A stretch of 64,000 nt of DNA from Antedon mediterranea (lineage: Eukaryota; Animalia; Echinodermata): positions 13,091,045 through 13,155,044 of the forward strand of contig NC_092680.1 of NCBI RefSeq assembly GCF_964355755.1. Reading direction: 5' to 3'. The stretch's first letter is position 1. Each line of letters begins with the position of its first letter. Positions 49,498 to 62,648 of the stretch are shown here, piece by piece. Position numbers and translations under genes: made by a program. A model generated the notes under the pieces. The model was not told where the DNA came from, did no database searches, and saw nothing but the letters and a program-made list of their open reading frames with translations.

Positions 49498-52400
49498 ATG
49501 TCTAGTCACTCTGTCCAGTCAAGTCGACGCTACAATAATATTGAAAGTAGTTCCTTGCAAGTGCCATCAAATCGACAATTTATTCAAGCCGCAAATTACT
49601 TAATGTCTTCTGGTGACCCACAAGCATTGGATTTAACAAATCCTGCCACATATAACCAGCAATTTGCTGTAAAAATACCAAAAGAGACAGGTCAAAGTTC
49701 AAACTTATCAGACAATGAAAAGTGGACGGTCATAGGCTTGCCAGTATACAAATGGCCTGTATGGTTGCAATTTTTATTTTTAATTGGTGGAGTTTTTCTG
49801 TTTTATCTATTTTATGGATACTTGCAGGTGATTATTATGGCATTAAATTGTATCATAGTTTGACCTCATGTGACATATAGTGTTGCAATTTCTCTAATAT
49901 TAATCTATAATACATACATAATACACAAATACACACACAAAGTATTCTAATCATATTGGAATACAGAACTAGAATCTATTCTTTGGGACACCCCTATTCA
50001 AGATATCCAGGGCTCGATTTAGTGCTAGCCCGGCGTACAATGGCTAGTAAAAACAGCTCCGGGCTACCTAAAGTATCTTCCTTTAAGCCCGTATGGCTAG
50101 TAGGTTGTGGGAACTCGAAATTGGGACGAACTGACCTCATAAAAATAACTCCAGCTTAAAAGACATATGTCTTGGCAATATCAGCAAAAAAAACCACTCG
50201 CGCGCTGCTGTGTGGCCATAACAAGTGATGAAGTAGGCGGAGCCTCTCATAATCCCGAATTATGATTGGCCATTTATGTTGTCACCCAGGTTATTGTGAA
50301 GTAGGCGGAGCTTCATTATCAGGTCAAACATGTCACAAAAATATGACCATAAATAACGAACTGTGATTGGCCAAATGTAGTAGAATTTTGTCAATGTTAA
50401 AAATAACTTGTCTAGTCTTGTCAGGCCTGGTTGTTGCAGATCAAAGCTAGGGATATTTTGGAGGTCCGGGTGGCTGGCTCTATCCCTGTAGGTAGGCCAT
50501 GGAGGCCATATTTTATAATATGCGTAGGCCCAGATAGAATCAAATGCCATCGTGATGGCTGCTCAGCAGCTAGGTACTACAATTTTGGTAACAGTAGGCC
50601 AGGTGCTCCAATGCGATCTAGGCCCTAGGCTATAGGTAGGCCTAGCCTGTCTATCCTAGCTACCCTACTATAATAATAGGCTCTAGGCTAGGCCTAGCTT
50701 AAAGATGTATTGTCCCTTTGACTAATTCCAAAAAAATTAAAAATTAAAGATTTCGAAAAAAGGTGGGTCATTCTGAAGTATCATAATAGTTATTAACTAT
50801 CACCAAAAATTTTTCAAAAAAAAAAATTTTTAACTGAAATACAGACGTTTTTTTGTTAAAAAAATAACTTTGACTTCCAGTCAAAGTTTTCAATCAAAAC
50901 ATATCCCATAATGAAACGCGCTTGTTTGGCTACTCTGTATGCATAATCATAAAACTTCCTCATGATCTGTGTGAAAATACCTTCTTAACCGTGACGAGTT
51001 GTAAACAATCCTAATTTAGCATATGCATAATGCATACTCATGGTTTGAAATCTTTGTTTACTTTCGCTCGTGACGATTTTCCAGATGAAATGTAATCAAA
51101 CTAATTTACCTGTTAATTACGTAAACTTGTTGTTTTTGGCTCAAATTTTCGACTTAAAGTGAATAACTTTAATATTACTTTGATATGGCCACTTTAAATT
51201 TAGAATATTTTGACCTTCATTTTTTTGTGTTTCAAGGGACAATACATCTTTAAGGTAGACAGAATCTGATTAGTTTTCTTGGCTAGGTTGAAGCCCAACA
51301 ACAAAAAGACCTCAATAAATCGATTCGGTGAATATGGTGAATATGGTGAGCATGAAATAGACTATGCGATGCAAAATTTTTATAGTGTGAACAATAAAGA
51401 AATAAAATGTTGTGTAATTTTTCATGCAATAGGGAGGTTTCCCAACCTACGAATCAAATACGATGACGAAAACGGATACGTCATACATTTGTGAAACTTT
51501 TGAGCTGATCCACATTTCATATTCGTAAAGCGTATTCGTGTTGACGAATATCACCAGTCATTCGTAACTACAAAACGAGTATAGTTTTTGATCTATTTGC
51601 ATATTTTGCATTTGAATCAGGAATGATTCATGATTATAATATAATTATAGATTTATTTAAAGCAATTTACTAAAATGCCAAGTAAATTTTGATAAATAGC
51701 AGTCCTCACTCGCTTTGATGTTACGCTAGGCCTAGGCGCAGCCAAGCACCAAGCAACACGTACCTGCGCTTCGCTCAAATTTACCGCAGTCATATTTTGG
51801 ACGCGCCTCAATATTTCGTTGCCATGCGAAACAGATTTTTTTATGGCTTATGAAAACGAATACGTTTTCATAACGAACACGTTATCGTATTCGTAAGATT
51901 GCAAAACCTCCCTAATAATAGTTTAATACAGTATGTATGTAAATGTGTAGCAATTCTCGAGCGTTTAGATTAGTGCGCCCTCTATTGTACAAAATGCCTG
52001 AATTCATTTATATGGCGGCCCTGCTATCACGTGGTGCGATATGAGTGGGCTAGTAAAATAATGTATGGGCTAGTGAAATCTACAGTGAACTAGCCCAGTG
52101 GGCTAGCAACATGAAAAAGATAAATCGAGCCCTGATATCCCTATTCAAGTGATAGTTTTCTGAATTCATTCATTTCATCACTCTGGCCAAGCCCATTTCG
52201 GAGACACACATTCCAAAAGTGTCCTCTTAATATTTTTGTAAAATGTTTTTTGTGTGTAGTAGTAGCACTGTATATAAAATGTTAAAATTGTCAAACCATG
52301 ATTTTTATTGTTTTGACCATATTTAATGAGGGTGATCCATCCAGCAATTGCTGTATTGCTGGACCCTCATAGGTTCACAAGACAAACATATACACATAAA

Positions 52401-55400
52401 TAATATACTCGACATAAACAAAGTCTTATTATTACAAGTCTTTGGGAGTGGAGTTGTAATTTTGTCCTTATATGTGACAGGACTTGAACCCAGGACCCTT
52501 GGAATGTAGCCAAGCTTAGGTTGATTTCATTCAGTGTACAATTTAAACCTGTTCTTGTATTTTTTAGGAGCTTATATTTCAATTGGATGGAATTAAGCCG
52601 TATGGCTGGTTTCTCACTTTAGTTCAATTTGTATGTTACTCTTTGTTTGGGATGACTGACCTTAGTTTTAAACTAGATCGAAAACGAAAGTAAGTTAACT
52701 TTCCTAAATATTAAAATATTCTGTTCAATATTTTCACTTTTTTTTTCAAATCTAAGCATGTTTAAGAAAATGTGATTGCAAAGACTTAATGGAGACCAAA
52801 TCAAAGTAAACACTATTATACTGTATACTGTACATCACATGATAACTAACATTTCAGTCATTCATTCATCAATGGAAAATTACTTTCATTTATTGTCATT
52901 TGCATATAAAATATACCTGTTGTCACGAACTCCTTTCGCGTATGTTTCCGAGCGGTTGAAAATACTTCTTCCTTATACTCTATTGGATTACAGTTTCTAT
53001 AATAGTATACTTCTGGAATGTTCCTGATTGTTCTTATATTAATTATACATGGTTTCTTAAATATAAAGATACTCTTATTCTAGAATTTTCATGTAGATAC
53101 TATGTTATTGTATGGAAATGGTAATTTATTACACTGTAATTATGTTTGCTCTGAGATATACAAAAACAGATAAATGATATAGTGATATATTTGATACCAA
53201 ATCTAATTTTTCTTTTCAGAATACCTCTAAAAACATACTTACTTTTAGCATTTCTAACTGTATCTACAATGGGTCTATCAAATGCCTCTCTGGGATTTCT
53301 CAACTACCCAACACAAGTTATTTTTAAATGCTGTAAATTAATACCAGTTATGTTTGTAGGAGTCTTAATACAACGTAAGTGGGTTTTGTTTTAAAGATAT
53401 TTAAAAGAACTAGATTGTCAACTAGGTATGTCAGAGGGCTACTCAAAACGGGAACTGTATTTCTATAATGTAGTACTGTATACAATACCTAAAAACTAAC
53501 AATATTTGAGAAATTCTTGTTTACAGAATGTATATGACAGAGTACTTTGTACATCATAGTAAAACATAATACAATCAGTATACTAAATTTCACTGGTGCA
53601 GATCCTAGGGTAGTGGGTGGTGAAGTTGTTCCTCTACATTTATTAGAGTGCAAAATTCCCTCTTACTTTTTCATGACAAACTCGTAACATTTTTACTAAG
53701 CGACAACTGTCAGAAACGCTGTTAATTTTTTGCTTCTTGTAACGCCAGCGATAATCATTCCCACTCCCCAACATTCAAAATGATGTGTTGTATAGTTTGT
53801 CTTCTCGGATAAGGACTATAAACCGTAGGTCCAGTGTACACATCTATCTCGTGTGCACTTTAAAGAACCTAGTAAATCTTTTGAGACGAGTATGGGGTTA
53901 TCCTGGTGTACTAGTTGTCACTCACAGTCACTCATCGTAACTGGGTCCTCTGGACTGAAGATGTCACCCAGTATAAATAAATAATAATAAAAAAAATAAT
54001 AATTTAATAAACTAATGACAGTACCAATGGTGTTATATAGCAATACATTTCCTCACCATTTAACTGAATTGAATCACAAAAATGATACTTGATTCTTCTC
54101 TTCAATACTGCAGGTAAGCGGTACGGGGTATTAGATGTGACTGCTCTTCTGTGTATGTCGTTGGGACTTGTTTTCTTTACATTAGCAGATAGTAAAGTGT
54201 CTCCTTCTTTTGATCAAACTGGTAGGTAGTATCATTACACACAATAATATATCTTTCTTTTATTATTACAAAATTACAACTTATATACAGTACATCAACT
54301 GGTTAATAAAAAATAGAATATAGCATTGGTAGAGCTGTCTAATCCCTAAACACAATATAAACAATAAAATATAGTACAGTAGTATAGTTTCTTTAAAATC
54401 TGAAACCAAGGGATGTCCAGTTTTCTGAAAATGTACCTACTTAAATTTGTTTTTGTTAGGAGTAATAATGATTTCATTGGCATTGGGTGCTGATGCAGTG
54501 ATTGGAAACGTTCAGGAGAAAACGATGAAAGCGTACAATGCTACAAATACTGAAGTGGTACAGTCATTTTTTTTTACTATACTTTAACTTGTGAAATGCT
54601 AAAAATTAAACACTCTTTTAAAACCGGTATTTAGATGGCCCTCATGCCACTGGTTTCAGCATTGGCAAGGAATCTCTTGCTTTCAATACATTTTGTTATA
54701 GTGTAAATTTAAATTAATCATATAATATTTTTAGTATTCCTTTACGATTCCTTTTTATTTTTTGTCTATAATTTAAACTATAGTAGTATACGTATGAAAT
54801 GCCATTTGTGCCAAAATATTTATATTTTTACCAATATTAAGACAAATCACCCACTACAAACTAAACTAGCTCCAGCATAATAATAACAATAATAATAATA
54901 ACCAATATTTTATCTCTTTCTTACAGGTTCTATATTCATATGGCATAGGTTGCGTGTACATATTTCTTGGCCTGTTGGTGCATGGTAGTTTCTTTAAAGC
55001 TTTTGCTTTCTTCTCTCGGCATCCATATGAGACGTTTGGTTATACTGTTACATTTTCTCTCACTGGATATTTTGGCATCATGTTTGTACTTCAACTTGTA
55101 CGTCAGTTTGGCGCCCTCACAGCTGTAACCAGTAAGTACAGATTATAGTGGGCGAATGTTTACAATTACAAACAAATACAACAATGGTCTTTTTTGTCCG
55201 TTATTCATCTGGAAATGATCTTGTTTTGATTTTTGTTTTTTAAGAAAGATAGATTTGAAACCAGATCAGTTTTCAAATGTACTTTAAAACTCCCATTCAT
55301 TTTGATACTCCATTATAACCTGGGTTGTATGGACATTTTAAGTGGTTTGATTAAGAAATAATTAATTCAACCATGTTAAGCACACAAATGATGTTTATCA

Positions 55401-58400
55401 AGTTTTATAGGTTAATTAAGCATTAGTAAAGTCAGTATCATGTAATACAAACTTGTTTTAGTATCAACATTTGAGAACCTAAAAGAAACAAAGAATAGCA
55501 AAAATAATTAACTTAACTAAGATATGCTTCACTGCACAATGTTGCGCTTTTTAAATATTGATAATTTGAGACACTCTGTAAACAATAGGTTAATTGTATT
55601 AGCCTGGTAGATAATTTCAAGATTTAATTTCTTACATTTTCCTGAATTTCAACATTTGGTAGAATTTCGTTTTGTTTTCAAAACTAAAACTTGCATTAAA
55701 AAAAGTCATTTTTTAAACTTCCATAATTACTCTAGTAGCTAGATCAACTTTCATATGCACTTTGAGGTCCAGAGAATTTGACTTCAGAAATTGGTTTAGG
55801 ATGGTCAAACAATCATTATTGGCTTGGTTACACATTTTGAAAATGTGGCAAAAGGTCAGGGTGAAATGATATCAAACTAAACACCAATAAGTCCTTAAAT
55901 CTCGACAACCACTGGTCACAGCGAGGTAATTTTGGTCTCAAATTGATCAGAAGGTATACATTTATATTAAGTCTAATGGGACATTTTAGTCAAAAATGAC
56001 CGGAAATGCCATTTCTGACCTTTGACCCACAACCCAGGGCATGTATGTATCTCCGTAACTACTGATTGTAGACACTTGAATTTGGTCTTAAATTGTTTGA
56101 AATAAACATTTTGTTATTTGTTGCACATTTTTAAAAATGTTACAAAAGGTCAAAGGGTCAGGGTCAAGGGTTATATGAATAAATATAAATAGATAATAGA
56201 TAATCTCGGCAACCACTCGTCGCAGCAAGTCAATTTTAGTCTCAAAATGTTCAGAAGACATGATTTCATATTCAATCTAATGGGACATTTTAGTCAAATT
56301 TAGTCAGAAATGCAATTTCTGACTTTTGACCCACATTGGTCTATTATAGTTGTCTGTGATACCTTTTATTACATGATTGTACTTGCAACAGGATAGAATG
56401 AGGTTTAATCCAGTTATTATTCTTATTATATTAATTAATTTTTTTTTTAATCTGGGGTGTATTTATTTGATTATATATGTTACCATTATTACACCCAAAC
56501 AAAATAAACGCCTTCCCTGAATAAATAAATGCCTGGGCCTTTTATTCGGGTAACTATGGTAAGTTACTTCTAGCATTCTTAACTGTTGAGCTCGAGTATT
56601 TATTCGAATTAACACCCGCTTTGAATAAAAGCCTCCCTCAAATAAACGCCACCATTCCCTCCAATAGAACATCATGTGGAATAAACGCTCCGCCACATGC
56701 ATTTACAAAATAATTGTATCAACACATTTCATTAACTACCATAATCTACAATTTACCAAGTATTTTGACATAATTTTATCATTTTTTTATATTAATTGTG
56801 CTGTATTTTTTTTACATCTAGGTGGTATTTATTTGATTATGCTACCATATTATACTCCAAATAAAGATAATAATAATAATAATAATAATAATAATATTTA
56901 TTCGGTCATCAATGTAAAAAATAACCAGGAATGAGAATAGGCTAAAGCCCAAACAGATTCTGCACTCACTCCATACAATACAAACAGTTAAGATAAAACC
57001 ATATACAAGAAAAATACAAATAAACTATACATAACATGAAATATAGTGTTTTGTTAAAGCAGCCTTAAATATTGAAATTGTTTGTGAATCTTTTATGTCA
57101 TTTGGTATTTGCTCCCATAGTCTAGGAAAGGAAACAAATACAGAATTATGAAAAGTATTGCCTTTCGAATTCCAACGTAACGTAATGCCTCCCCTCCACC
57201 TAAAAACCCTTTTGAACAATAAATGCCCGGGGTGTTTAATCGGATACACATGGCAAGTTACTTCTAGCATTCTGAAAAGAACTGTTGAACTTGACGTTTA
57301 TATCAAAATTGTTCTCGTGGACAGCAATAACTAGTACTTGAAATTGAAACAATTTAAAGTATCAGTTATTGCATAACATTACTGTCTAAGGATAAGTTGT
57401 GTAGAGATATGTTTTTTGTTTTAAACATTAGTAATAGTATTTTCTGTTCATCTTTTAACCACATTTTCTATTACAATGAATGTAAATATGTATATTTCGA
57501 ACAATTTGATACCAAATTTAAGTTTCTACGACCAGTACTTACAGAGATATGAAGAAGCCCTGGTATGTGGGTCAAAGGTCAGAAATGGCATTTCTGATCA
57601 TTTTTTACCAAAATGCCCCATTAGACGGAATATAAATGCATGCCTTCTGAACATTTTAAGACCAAAATTGACTTGCTGCGACCAGTGGTTGCCGAGATAC
57701 AAGTACCTTTATTTATTTGTCCATATAACCCTTGATCCTGACCCTTTGACCTTTTGTAACATTTTTCAAAATGTGTAACAAATAACAAAATATATATTTC
57801 GAACAATTTAAAACCAAATTCAAGTGTCTACGACCAGTAGTTACGGAGACAAATACATGCCCTGGGTTGTTGGTCAAAGGTCAGAAATGTCATTTCCCGT
57901 CATTTTTAACTAAAATGTCCCATTAGACTGAATATAAATGTATACCTTCTGATTAATTTGAGACCAAAATTACTTTGCTGTGACCAGTGGTTGTTGAGAT
58001 TTAAGGACATATTGGTGTTTGGTCTTATGACCTTTCACCCTGACCTTTTGACCTTTCGCCACATTTTCAAAATGTGTAACCAAGCCAAAAATGATTGTTT
58101 GACCACCCTAAACCAATTTCTGAAGTCAAATTCTCTGGACCTCAAAGTGCATACGAAAGTTGATCTAGTAGCTACTAGAGTAAATTGTGAATTTTAACTT
58201 TTGATTGTGAGGAATGAACTTGAAACAATATTTGTCATGAATGTTTTATTATTGGATTATAAAATATATCTTTTCTCTCATTTCAGTCACAACTTGCCGT
58301 AAGGCTGTTACTATGGCCATGTCATTTTTATTCTTCGCAAAGCCATTCACAATTCAGTAAGTTATGCTTATATTTTCATATAAACTGTCTGTAATCTCAT

Positions 58401-59590
58401 TTTTAGACTAAAATTAGAAAATCCAAAATTATTTTTTATAACAAATTTGCAAAATGTTCAAATCAGGTATGGAAAAGGAGATTTATGAAGAAATACCATG
58501 TGCCATATTTGTCGAGGGGGAAAAAATGAAACTAAAAATTTATTATCACCAGGGTTTGGTCACAACCATACTATTCACAAAATCAGACTTTTCTCAAAAC
58601 TAGACTTTTGTTAAAACCAGACTTGTCAAAACCAGACATTGATCAAAATCAGACTTTTGTCAAAACCAGACTTTTGTCAAAACATTACTTTTTTCAAAAT
58701 AAAACTTTGGTCAAAACTTGACTTTTGTCAAAACATGACTTTTTTCAAAACCAAACTTTAGTCACAACCAGATATTTGGTCACAACCAGACTTTTCAAAA
58801 CCTTAGGAAAAATAACTTTCTCCAAACCTAACAAAAATAACTTTCTCCAAACCTAACAAAAATAACTTTACTCAAAACCTAAAAAATAAAACTTTTCTCA
58901 AAACCTAAACAAAATAACTTTTCTAAAAACTAAAAAAAAAATTTTTCTCAAAAATAGATTTACACAACCAGAAGTTTTTCAAAACCCAGACTTTAGTAAA
59001 ACCTAGACTTTAGTAAAACCCAGACTTTAGTAAAACCCAGACTTTAGTAAAACCCAGACTTTAGTAAAACCCAGACTTAATAGTAAAAACCTGACTTAAT
59101 AGTAAAAACCTGACTAAGTAAAACCTGACTTAGTAAAACCCTGACATAGTAAAAATCAAAATTTATCTTGTTCCAATATTCTATGTTCGAATCAGAATAT
59201 AGTTGTATTTTAAATACAAGATAATTTTCCCATGGTTATATCATTACCACATTGCGCTTTGATTGATAGCAGCATGACAAGTAGGAGAGTTAAATATGAT
59301 ATTTTTAACCAAATCTATTGTAGCCAATAAAGATAAAAAAACTAATACAGCTTCTATAGCTAAGATATTTTAGAAATCTTCAATATAACTTAACTTAATT
59401 TTAATATTAATGATTGTCTTTTTTACTTAGGTATGTTTGGTCTGGTTTGATAGTTCTCTTTGGTATTTTTTTAAATGTATACAGCAAAAATAAACGGTCA
59501 ATGGATCAATGGTTTGCCAATCATATAAGAGAGTTTATGATATCGCATCAGAAAGGACAAATAACTAGAGGCCCAGAACTACAGGTGTAA
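49498..59590 (+). CDS. SLC35B3: Adenosine 3'-phospho 5'-phosphosulfate (PAPS) transporter 2; 8 coding exons, 415 aa
   Basis: Exons 49498-49827, 52568-52689, 53220-53374, 54114-54221, 54460-54557, 54927-55131, 58287-58356 and 59431-59590 (GT-AG; phases 0,2,1,1,0,1,2; 1248 nt, open). Diagnostic blocks FYLFYGYLQELIF, TMGLSNASLGFLNYPTQVIFKCCKLIPVM, ADAVIGNVQEK, FSLTGYFGI, TTCRKAVT and FAKPFTIQYVWSGL match vertebrate SLC35B3. Confidence 0.95.
50703..51249. mobile_element. TTAA-TSD MITE, 547-bp subfamily
   Basis: TTAA|AGATGTATTGTCCC ... GGGACAATACATCT|TTAA; paralog of 28154-28700. Confidence 0.88.
51431..51913. mobile_element. MITE with AGGGAGGTTT termini and 3-bp TSD (Harbinger-like)
   Basis: AAT|AGGGAGGTTTCCCAACCTACGAAT ... 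ATTCGTAAGATTGCAAAACCTCCCT|AAT. Confidence 0.75.
53790..53995 (+). mobile_element. 5'-truncated SINE with Deu/Nin-type conserved central domain
   Basis: TCTTCTCGGATAAGGACTATAAACCGTAGGTCC...GTGCACTTTAAAGAACC...GAGTATGGGGTTATCCTGGTGT resembles the DeuSINE core as I recall it. Ends in a (TAA)n/(TAAA)n tail. Confidence 0.6.
55728..58182. mobile_element. Foldback-type TIR element (~600-bp arms, 3-bp TSD AAT) in SLC35B3 intron 6
   Basis: AAT|TACTCTAGTAGCT..AGATCAACTTTC ... GAAAGTTGATCTAGTAGCTACTAGAGTA|AAT. Arms ~55728-56335 and ~57565-58182 carry TGACCTTTGACC motifs; the spacer holds MITE and LINE-tail remnants. Confidence 0.87.
58580..59155. repeat. Degenerate ~18-28 bp minisatellite (AAAACCAGACTTT core)
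   Basis: Repeats such as TCAAAACCAGACTTTTG and AAAACCCAGACTTTAGT. Confidence 0.85.
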
Positions 59591-59910
59591 CTCACAAATA
59601 GCTAATTTGTATACAGGAGTTAATAGGGATTGGTTTACCAATCATATAAGAGAGTGTATGATATCGCATCAGAAAGGACAAATAATTAGAGGCCCAGAAA
59701 TACAGGTGTAACTCATAAATAAGTAATTTGTATACAGGAGTTGATAGTTTGCCAATCATATAAGAGAGTTTATGATATCGCATCAGAAAGGACAAATAAC
59801 TAGAGGCCCAGAAATACAGGTGTAACTCATAAATAGGTAATTTGTATACAGGTGTTGCTAGGGATTGGTTTGCCAATTAACAGAGTTTGTGATATCGCGT
59901 CAGAAAGGAG
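59510..59910 (+). repeat. Tandem ~120-bp repeat (3 units plus a partial) spanning the SLC35B3 stop codon
   Basis: Units start TGGTTT(G/A)CCAATCATATAAGAGAG at 59510, 59631, ~59747 and 59866 (partial). Confidence 0.9.
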
Positions 59911-62391
59911 GCCGGTAAATACAACGCACAAATATGTAATATGTATAAATGAGTTTAGTTTTGGTTTCAAAAACAGTTCTTTTAAAAGCATATCTGCCTT
60001 CCATGTTATCCAGGTTTAAAACAGAAACACAGAGTAAGCCCTCTATAGTTCCAAAGCCACGGATAATAGGCCCTCTACAGTCCCACAGCCACAGACAGAC
60101 AATCCACTTGCTCATAAAGTGTAATTTACTCTTCCTTGGTAAAGCCTACTATTTTCCAGCTCCTTGTTATGTACACGGCACAAACTGCCAAAATGATCTG
60201 AGGATGAGGTAATGAAAGTAAACCATCTTTATACTCCAATATCAGACACTCAGTACCTTATTGCTTTCTGTATAAATCCGTTATCCAATAGCCGCCAGTA
60301 TTCCAATAGATTGCCTACTTTTGACTCTGTCTATATCTGTCTACTTTTTATTCTATTTTCTCTATAATGGAAATAACTCATTTTTCAACAATTATGTCAA
60401 GGCTTTACAGAATTCAGTGTTTTCTGTTGCCATCCAACTATGTAGCTAAATCAAATTAGTATTTAGAAACTTTTCTATCAATGTATTTCACTGTGTGTAT
60501 TCATTTATTGATTAAATGGAATACTACACATTATTTATATTTTCAATAAACTTTAGGTATTTTATGACTTTTTTTTTTTACTATTTTGAATAAATTATAA
60601 TTGAGGAAAATTATTTTTATGTAAACATATTCTTACAAGTCAATCATTGCGTTGCAGTTCAACTAGCATGTGTTTAACGTTTTACTAGGCATTGAAGAAC
60701 GCGGAATTAATGAAAATGAAATGAAATATGATATAGTGTTCTTTTATAAATGCTGTATTGGTGGTCGAGTTTTATATGATGTCAAATCATTACTTTTTTC
60801 CTTTCATTGTTTGTTCCCATCATTTGTAAATAAACAAAACAAAATCAATTTATATTTGAGCTAAACAAAACATTTCTTTTGACTTACGTTTTCTAGCTAG
60901 TTAGTATCGTTTTAAAAGGTAGCTCCGGGTTTAACGTTTTTATTAATAACAACAGCTTGTTACAGAGGTTTTCTATGATACTGGACATAGGCCTAATGCC
61001 ATTTTGTGGAGATACAGTACAAAGAATAGTGTGAGTTATTCAAATTTGGCAAGTAACGTTCCCATTGCTGCTTTTTAAATGACGAAATAATATGCAGTAG
61101 TTGAGCTTAGTTCAAACCTTTATGATTGCATTAGTTACATTTATCCATACCACTAATACAATCACGTATAAGAGAAAAACTGCACAAATTCCGATAGTAC
61201 ATGTTTACACGAGACGAGAAAACGTACAGTATTGTAACAAACACATGGAGTATTCTGCGTTAACCCACGCAATAGTCTCAATTTCGTGTACGCACACATC
61301 TTGTAATAAATAAACCAGAAGATAATAAAATGTTGAGATTTTATGTAAAGTATCGAACGATTCGACTTCAACCAGTGCAAGACAATTCAAATTTTCAAAT
61401 GAAAATGTGCACCTTTAAACATACATTATTTTAACGGATAAATCAAGGAACAGTTTTATATACCAAGCGAAAAATAATGTAATGGACATACTCCAAAGAA
61501 ACTCCAGCCACCATTTTGTATTAGATACGTCACATCATCTGGACGATATGTGTAAGGTTACCAAAAATAAGCCAATCAAAACATCTCGCATCATAACATG
61601 TTTAAATTTAAATGCATTTGGACAAAATAGCATTGTCCACTTAGATCAATCTGCGCATGTGTGAAATATTCGCAAGGCATTTTGTCATAATACGTGCCAA
61701 CTGAATCTTAAGAGAAAACTGCTTTAAACGTTTTCAAATTCAAATGCTGCATAAAGATTTCAAAAAGATTACTATTAAAATCAGATTTAATGAGAAATTT
61801 CATTAAAACTTGATAGTCATAAATAAAAAAGTTAATTCGTGGTTTTTATTTTATTCATCGATTTTGTATTCATTAATTTTGACTACTTTACAGTTTTAAT
61901 GGTGTATAAAATCAGTTTAAGATTGATAGGTTCATAATCTTATATAAATCGTTAACCTTCTTGCCATCACCTTTCAAAAAATCTGAATAAAAAACAAATA
62001 GTTCCACGCTAGGTTGTCTTTAAACTTTAGAGTCAAATTTATTAAACATTTTAGCAACAAAATCATATTAACTTTGTTCAATGATTTTGCTTATGTTAGT
62101 TCATCAGTTCAGCAAATATTAATATTTTGTTTTATATCTTAGAAATTTTATTAAATAAACAAATTGTTTGAAACTTAGTTTCTATTCTACATCTTGGAGT
62201 AGCAAGTGTATTATATAATTTCTATCAACAATATGGGGTGCTATCTTCGCATTAATAACCTAAAAGAGCATAAACGACGATATTTTTTTCATACTGAGAT
62301 CATATTATTTATTTTGTTAGGAAATAATTTTAGTAGCATTTTGTTGTTTTTGTTCACAATTTGTTGTTTTGTTTATCCCAGTTAACTTTAA

Positions 62392-62648
62392 AGATGTATT
62401 GTCCCCCTGAAATTTTTTTTTTTTTTAATAGTTATCCACTTTGAACAAAAATTGAATCGAACAAAAATGTATTTACCTGAAAAAATTAATGTAAAGCAAA
62501 AATACTAGTCAAATTGGTTGCCAGCCAATGGGTGTTTGGTTGAATTTAACCATTTATTTTGTCATTTTATATGAGAAAACATTTTTTTATGGAAGGTATT
62601 AACTTATTAAACTGCAAAATTACCTATGTTTTTAGGGACAATACACCT
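62392..62648. mobile_element. TTAA-TSD MITE (AGATGTATTGTC family), short subfamily
   Basis: TTAA|AGATGTATTGTCCCC ... GGGACAATACACCT|TTAA. Confidence 0.8.

Larger units (their letters stand above)
50008..52134. mobile_element. Non-autonomous TIR element with hAT-like CAGGG termini, holding two nested MITEs
   Basis: CAGGGCTCGATTTA ... TAAATCGAGCCCTG with subterminal GCTAG repeats. The flanks share ATATC but no clean 8-bp TSD. Confidence 0.7.

Noticed and set aside
59592-59876. 94-aa repetitive minus-strand ORF
   Set aside because: Antisense reading of the 120-bp tandem repeat.
59900-60420. GC-richer segment with overlapping short ORFs downstream of SLC35B3
   Set aside because: Many stops and no recognisable motif; may be an old relic but cannot be supported.
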